Assembly (NCBI GenBank): GCA_030141605.1
Contig: JAQGDQ010000097.1
Coordinates: 310,001 to 374,000 of the forward strand
Direction of reading: 5' to 3'
DNA length: 64,000 nt
From: Tubiluchus corallicola
Lineage: Eukaryota > Animalia > Priapulida
Shown: positions 60,401-64,000 of the stretch, piece by piece
How positions within the stretch are numbered: the first letter of the stretch is position 1
How the letters are laid out: the number at the start of each line of letters is the position of its first letter
Notes under the pieces: model-generated
What the model was told of the DNA's origin: nothing
What the model saw: the letters and a program-made list of their open reading frames with translations, nothing else
Database searches by the model: none
Translations under genes and position numbers: made by a program

Positions 60401-62362
60401 ATATATATATATTGACCTCAACATAAGTCAGTGACTGATATGACTAATATTAGACTACTGGGTCTAAAATTGCTGGATCAAGGTAATTTACGGACAAACC
60501 TAAAAACCTAGAAACACAATTTTTCCCACGACTGGTACATGTCAAACCCTTTTTTTGTCAAGTATTTTAACAAAAAATTTTTCATTTTTGCACCAAAGTC
60601 CGAGCAATCGCTGGTCGTCACTGGTTGAGTTAAACATAAATGACCACATAACATCACACTAATACACATAATAGTACTACAATACCACATATGTTACACA
60701 TTTATATAAAAAGTAAATTCCCCAAGACAGATGGCAGAGCTAGCGGGAATTGCTCAATCTGATGTAGTTCTGCAAAGTGATGAAATATGTGGAAAATTTT
60801 GCTGAGTCGAAATTGATGGCTCGTTATACACTGGAACGCTAACCAGTTGCTATTACTTGTCTGTCTTTCAGGAAAAGTAATCTAGCTAAACTAAGCAATG
60901 GAATATTAAATAAAATATCCATGCACCAGAGCTACTGCAAATGGAACAACACTTTGCCCAGTCGTTACTCTCCGGGTAGTAAATTTAGCCTTAAACACTG
61001 TTAGTAGCCTACTTTACTGGCGAATAACGCACAGTTTTTTAAGCTAAAAAACGAGCTTCAAGGCAACATGCTATTGAATAACAGCAAAGCTGCACGTCCA
61101 GTTAATGAACATGCTATTGCAGTGAAGCTAAGCTGCAGCATCAACCAGATAGCAAGCTATTGTGGTGACGTTAAGTTGCAGCATTGGCCAGATAGCAAGC
61201 AGCTGCAGCAACATCAAGCTATTGTGGTGAAGTTAAGATGCAGCATCAGGCAGATAGCAAGCAGTTGCAGTAAAGTTAAGCTGCAAGTCCGGGATTTGAG
61301 TAAATAGTTGCATGAAGTTAAGCTATAGCTACAAGTGTTGAGCAGACCCTTTGGAAAAAAGGAGAAAAAAACAGCAAGGTTTACAGGCTACAAAAGCAGT
61401 AAAATCAGTTAAGAATTCAAACACTATTTTATTAAATCATATAATTAAAACTGTTGTATTTCATTGAGTAAACAATATTGCACAGTTGCTACATCTTATT
61501 GCCATTTCAAATGAAATTAGTTCTTTACTCTTATGAATTATTGGTTAAAGGGAAAATAATAATTTTAAAATATGTTTAAAAAATTAAGAAAACAATGCTA
61601 TACCAGTCAGCAATACTCTTACATGTTTAAAATGCTCTGGTTTGTAAAAACTTTTAAGTAACAGTTCTGACAAACAGATGTCAAGCTACTCTTGTAAAAA
61701 ATGTCTTACGATGTTGGTGTGCTCAAACATAATTATTACTTATGAAATGTAATTTATTTTTACTGAGCTCTAGGGTGATTTTTAAGTATTTTATTTAATA
61801 GTCCTGTCCTTTCTTTTAATAAATATAAATGTATCAATAGAGCTTTAATATACTTTCCTAGAAGACGGTAGAGAGAAAATGGCTGCACATAGTTAATATT
61901 GTGATCATTTTGAAATTTCAAGTTTAGTGTTACTCAACTGCTGTTGCATACTGTAAGAGTAATAGTAAGATGGCCAAATATGATTTTAGTCGTTTAAGTT
62001 AAGTACTTTTGATCACTTTAGGTTGTTTGGTTGCTTGACACATAAAAAATTAAAATATTAAAAATTCCCATAATAGTTCATGTATCTGAAATTTATTTTT
62101 ACACACATATGTTAGCAATAAGCTTACATAATTCGCCACTATTATACTCACCATTATCTTCTAGACGTCCTAGTGTGCGATACCAAATCAGCTGCCGCGT
62201 TTCCATTCTTATCGCAAAACTGCGCCTCTCTTTCTCTTTCTTTTTTGGATTCAACTTTTGCAAGTACATACCCCGTTCGAGTTTTTGCAACAAATGTTCC
62301 AAGTTCTGAGGTCGTGGCGGCATTCCATTGAGAACACCCGCTCCGGGTTGGGAGAAACTCAT
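27403..62362 (-). CDS. PLCG: 1-phosphatidylinositol 4,5-bisphosphate phosphodiesterase gamma (phospholipase C-gamma), complete gene, 32 coding exons, ~1295 aa
   Basis: All exons below join in frame (3888 nt incl. stop). Domain order PH, EF-hands, X box (SSHNTYLTGDQ, GCRCIELDCWDG), split PH, nSH2, cSH2, SH3, split PH, Y box ([14 protein letters not shown]), C2, helical tail. Confidence 0.95.
27780..27947 (-). mobile_element. tRNA-derived SINE-like element (degenerate)
   Basis: Minus strand GCCTTTGTG...GCTGCCTGAAAGGCTGAAGG..GAGTTCGAATCCCAGTAGAGTTCAAAAATTTTCAG; same layout as 20185-20275. Confidence 0.55.
30375..30550 (-). CDS. PLCG: PLCG exon 31 (helical C-terminal tail)
   Basis: ttgcag|[15 protein letters not shown]...[14 protein letters not shown]|gtaggt; reading through the donor gives AGG TAG stop at 30371. 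Confidence 0.85.
30718..30806 (-). CDS. PLCG: PLCG exon 30
   Basis: [30 protein letters not shown]|gtaagt. Confidence 0.93.
31162..31323 (-). CDS. PLCG: PLCG exon 29 (C2)
   Basis: [54 protein letters not shown]. Confidence 0.95.
32647..32776 (-). CDS. PLCG: PLCG exon 28 (C2)
   Basis: [29 protein letters not shown]...KFKTSRHDR|gtatgt. Confidence 0.94.
33973..34121 (-). CDS. PLCG: PLCG exon 27 (Y box end)
   Basis: [23 protein letters not shown]...VVSIR|gtgagc. Confidence 0.95.
34870..35110 (-). mobile_element. Possible highly decayed RTE-like LINE 3' fragment
   Basis: [25 protein letters not shown] weakly resembles RTE C-terminal consensus; weak. Confidence 0.3.
35325..35449 (-). CDS. PLCG: PLCG exon 26 (Y box), preceded by AC acceptor
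   Basis: ttccttgacttttcatac|[42 protein letters not shown]|gtaagt. Confidence 0.93.
35450..35785 (-). other. U12-type (minor spliceosome) AT-AC intron, 336 nt
   Basis: Donor ATATCCTTT (35785-35777), branch point TTCCTTGAC (35467-35459), 3' end CATAC; splicing here keeps the frame (GA|T = Asp). Confidence 0.9.
35786..35867 (-). CDS. PLCG: PLCG exon 25 (Y box)
   Basis: tttcag|[28 protein letters not shown]|atatcc. Confidence 0.92.
36255..36351 (-). CDS. PLCG: PLCG exon 24 (Y box start)
   Basis: [32 protein letters not shown]|gtaagc. Confidence 0.94.
36532..36666 (-). CDS. PLCG: PLCG exon 23 (C-half of split PH)
   Basis: [12 protein letters not shown]...[20 protein letters not shown]|gtaagt. 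Confidence 0.92.
37993..38137 (-). CDS. PLCG: PLCG exon 22 (SH3 end)
   Basis: [22 protein letters not shown]...[13 protein letters not shown]...ESTV|gtaatg. Confidence 0.94.
38964..39067 (-). CDS. PLCG: PLCG exon 21 (SH3)
   Basis: [35 protein letters not shown]|gtaagt. Confidence 0.95.
39120..39473. repeat. Degenerate inverted-repeat element (same family as 17762-17830)
   Basis: AGGTCAAAGGTTAAGT at ~39170 and its reverse complement ACTTAACCTTTGACCT at ~39412. Confidence 0.55.
40158..40223 (-). CDS. PLCG: PLCG exon 20 (cSH2-SH3 linker)
   Basis: ttgcag|[22 protein letters not shown]|gtaagt. Confidence 0.88.
40978..41173 (-). CDS. PLCG: PLCG exon 19 (cSH2)
   Basis: [15 protein letters not shown]...[11 protein letters not shown]...LYKRVKL...[12 protein letters not shown]|gtagga. 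Confidence 0.93.
41970..42092 (-). CDS. PLCG: PLCG exon 18 (cSH2 start)
   Basis: [40 protein letters not shown]|gtgagt. Confidence 0.94.
42554..42930 (-). CDS. PLCG: PLCG exon 17 (nSH2)
   Basis: [16 protein letters not shown]...[21 protein letters not shown]...VKHCHI...HEHKP|gtaagt. Confidence 0.96.
43842..43967 (-). CDS. PLCG: PLCG exon 16 (N-half of split PH)
   Basis: [42 protein letters not shown]|gtacgg. Confidence 0.92.
44736..44809 (-). CDS. PLCG: PLCG exon 15
   Basis: [25 protein letters not shown]|gtttgt. Confidence 0.88.
45040..45380 (+). repeat. Degenerate Helentron-associated (HINE-like) repeat
   Basis: GTCAAGGTCAAA motif, GACAGACAG, terminal TCCTTT..AAAGGA hairpin; motif resemblance only. 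Confidence 0.35.
45821..45896 (-). CDS. PLCG: PLCG exon 14
   Basis: [25 protein letters not shown]|gtaaga. Confidence 0.9.
46181..46263 (-). CDS. PLCG: PLCG exon 13 (X box end)
   Basis: [28 protein letters not shown]|gtgttt. Confidence 0.94.
46285..46372. repeat. Short tandem repeat, ~3 copies of ~28-bp unit
   Basis: ATGATAAAAGTAATCAACATATTGAAAAT-like unit repeated. Confidence 0.7.
46611..46696 (-). CDS. PLCG: PLCG exon 12 (X box)
   Basis: [28 protein letters not shown]|gtgcgt. Confidence 0.95.
47245..47362 (-). CDS. PLCG: PLCG exon 11 (X box, second catalytic His)
   Basis: [40 protein letters not shown]|gtaagt. Confidence 0.95.
48958..49043 (-). CDS. PLCG: PLCG exon 10 (X box)
   Basis: [28 protein letters not shown]|gtaaga. 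Confidence 0.96.
49854..49969 (-). CDS. PLCG: PLCG exon 9 (X box start, first catalytic His)
   Basis: [14 protein letters not shown]...[16 protein letters not shown]|gtgagc. Confidence 0.96.
50072..50161 (-). CDS. PLCG: PLCG exon 8 (EF region)
   Basis: [30 protein letters not shown]|gtaggt. Confidence 0.92.
51148..51273 (-). CDS. PLCG: PLCG exon 7 (EF region)
   Basis: [12 protein letters not shown]...[15 protein letters not shown]|gtagca; an in-frame alternative donor 6 nt further (gtaaat) is possible. Confidence 0.82.
52292..52366 (-). CDS. PLCG: PLCG exon 6 (EF region)
   Basis: [25 protein letters not shown]|gtaagc. Confidence 0.9.
53412..53519. mobile_element. Small TTAA-flanked MITE (Kolobok- or piggyBac-like target)
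   Basis: TTAA-AAGAATCACATGAACATGTTTAGGATTTTT ... AAAAATCCTAAACATGTGCATCTGACTCTT-TTAA; ~30-bp TIR with 3 mismatches. Confidence 0.75.
53900..54125 (+). repeat. Degenerate DINE/HINE-like repeat
   Basis: AAATTTCATAGAAATC..AGTAGTTTTCGCGTAAT..(CAAA)n..CTTCCTTGAC; resemblance only. Confidence 0.3.
54981..55065 (-). CDS. PLCG: PLCG exon 5 (EF region)
   Basis: [29 protein letters not shown]|gtatgg. Confidence 0.88.
57353..57819. mobile_element. Tc2/pogo-like MITE
   Basis: Termini TA-CCGTATATA..TACAAGTC / GACTTGTA..TATATACGG-TA; subterminal AAGTCGACC repeats; TA duplication. Confidence 0.75.
58330..58690 (+). mobile_element. CR1/L2-group LINE ORF2 3' remnant
   Basis: [13 protein letters not shown]...[25 protein letters not shown] resembles the HFLLxCPLY...LLFG..L...N..IF..VQ.FI tail of these LINEs. 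Confidence 0.5.
58905..58955 (-). CDS. PLCG: PLCG exon 4
   Basis: aacag|[18 protein letters not shown]|gtatgc. Confidence 0.9.
59420..59680 (-). mobile_element. Possible decayed L1/Tx1-like RT C-terminal fragment
   Basis: [22 protein letters not shown] weakly resembles the FKYLGV..LF.LNF.PLL..LSL region of Tx1-like ORF2. Confidence 0.3.
59934..60036 (-). CDS. PLCG: PLCG exon 3 (PH end)
   Basis: [35 protein letters not shown]|gtaaaa. Confidence 0.92.
60153..60293 (-). CDS. PLCG: PLCG exon 2 (PH)
   Basis: [21 protein letters not shown]...[18 protein letters not shown]|gtgtgt. Confidence 0.94.
   Translation of the reverse strand: MTCGKLKKFGKVRSRETLRNFQKKSTTAVASLLSTEASSTVGVYLA
61110..61330. 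repeat. Degenerate minisatellite (GCTATTGTGGTGAAGTTAAGCTGCAGCA-like units)
   Basis: About five diverged copies of AAG(C/T)TAAGCTGCAG and repeated CAGATAGCAAGC. Confidence 0.7.
61488..61587 (+). repeat. ~100-bp direct repeat, copy 1
   Basis: Near-identical to 62926-63024 (only a few mismatches by eye). Confidence 0.85.
62152..62362 (-). CDS. PLCG: PLCG exon 1 (start codon, PH N-terminus)
   Basis: MSFSQPGAG...[35 protein letters not shown]...EDN|gtgagt. Confidence 0.9.
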
Positions 62363-62925
62363 GACTGCAACCAAACTTATACGGTGTAATCGGCAAACTT
62401 CAAACAGTCATTCACTTCAGAAGCTTAAACGAGTTATTCCGCTTCAACATGTATCACTATGTTTGGCGTAGAGCTGTTATTTATATTTCCTCATGTAATT
62501 ATGACCTCCACACTGATACACGTGATGTCTTTGTCCTGAGTCATGTATGTTTTTATGCTGTGTGTTTTCCTGTATAATAATTTATAACTTATTATTTGAA
62601 AAACTTTGTGCTAAGACTACAATAAATTGATTAATAATAAAATGAATTTCTGATAGCTCTTAAGTTTTAATGCCCTGCATAAAAGATAACAAACACACAC
62701 TTTTAAGATGAAATATTTTAACCAATCTGGCCCAATTATTTTTTGGGCACACATGTAAACCTACATAAATCCCATAGGTATGGCAGCTGATGGTAATGCT
62801 TAAATATTAAAAAGTATGCAAAATAATAGTCAATATTTTAATACATTCAAGGAATGCAATAAAAGAGTGCATCAGGGTTTTTACACAACATGGCCAGAAA
62901 ATGCTAAATTAAGGCTTAATCAGGT

Positions 62926-63024
62926 GCTACACCTTATTGCCATTTCAAATGAAATTAGTTCATTACTTTTATGAATTATTGATTAAAGGAAAATAATAAT
63001 TTTAAAATATGTTTAAAAAATTAA
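62926..63024 (+). repeat. ~100-bp direct repeat, copy 2
   Basis: Near-identical to 61488-61587. Confidence 0.85.
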
Positions 63025-63579
63025 ACGTATATCACTGAATACCCAGTAAGAATCTAGTTTAGCAGACCATTGACAATTAAAATTTGTGCCAATTTATCGA
63101 CTTCTAACTCAGTACTTTAATGCAAATAAATTTACCATTAAGTCAAACATTTCAATAGTGCTTTTACAACAATAGACTGAAAAAAGGCAATTACGACAAT
63201 TACTGAATGATAGCTCAAGACTAAAGTGAATGAATAAAAATTAATCACAAATTAAGAGCCTTAGTACGCAAAAATTAAACAATATTTAATGTTTACATAA
63301 CTAAACATTTAAAATTTGGTCAGACTAAATCCTTCCTAGACTAACTGCTAAAATCATGATTCGCAGAATGCTTTAAAAAAAGTTTCGGTAATATATAAAG
63401 AATAATGTCACCAACCAAGCAATGATGAAGGCTTATTGTGAAGTGCCAAGTGACGTATGCCTAGGGTTTGAAAATCAAACCAAATAACCAACTGCGGCGA
63501 ACGTTGCTTACTAAAAAAGGAAGCGCGACAGTAATGCTGGAAAACCAAACTAATATTATGTCAGTAAAACACTTTAAGC

Positions 63580-63720
63580 TTTACACCTGTTCAATTCCAA
63601 TGTTCATGATCTCCTGTTGTTTTGATAAAATTATGATGAACGTCAGTATCCGGGGCGCTTCGCTCGGTTTGTACGTGCGATCGTTATTCGTCGTGCGCAA
63701 TAACTAGCAATAGTGTTGAA
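63580..63720 (-). promoter_or_regulatory. CpG-rich candidate PLCG promoter / non-coding first exon
   Basis: Local CpG cluster ~1.3 kb upstream of the ATG, possible donor CAG|gtgtaa near 63586; inference only. Confidence 0.3.
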
Positions 63721-64000
63721 ATCTATTGCCTGACAGTACTATTACAGAAAAGCAAGTTTTAAATAGCAGACAACAGCTACTAGTTTATGCAGTTCCGTAC
63801 ACTGGAGGACGATTTTAACACGTTACCATTTATTATTTTGCAATGGCAACACCACCACTAAGTGCGGCAGCGTCCAACTTCATTACAAACTTACCATTAT
63901 TATTTTGCAACGACAACATCAGCAGTTGGTAATGTTATCGCTGCCACCGCCGCTGCAACGACAATCAACAATTTTTTAACAAATAAGAGCAGATCAAGCG

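Noticed and set aside
61068-61307. Repeat array as CRISPR or repetitive protein ORF
   Set aside because: Eukaryotic intron, degenerate units without unique equal-length spacers, no cas genes; it is a minisatellite

Overview
AT-rich, intron-rich eukaryotic (invertebrate-animal-like) genomic DNA, not prokaryotic. It holds two complete multi-exon genes that I reconstructed by hand from splice sites and reading phase, arranged tail-to-tail. The first is mitochondrial sulfide:quinone oxidoreductase (SQOR; + strand, 9 coding exons, 1483-21525, about 447 aa). The second is phospholipase C gamma (PLCG; - strand, 32 coding exons, 62362-27403, about 1295 aa; PH-EF-X-splitPH-SH2-SH2-SH3-splitPH-Y-C2-tail). 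The best-supported unusual feature is a minor-spliceosome (U12-type) AT-AC intron inside the PLCG catalytic Y box (35450-35785). Introns and intergenic DNA contain decayed LINEs, several MITEs with visible TIRs/TSDs, tRNA-derived SINE-like copies and microsatellites. Most short ORFs in the supplied track are spurious or exon read-throughs. I found no convincing wholly new biological system; the speculative leads (alternative PLCG C-termini, a decayed BEN-like antisense gene in SQOR intron 1) are flagged as inference.
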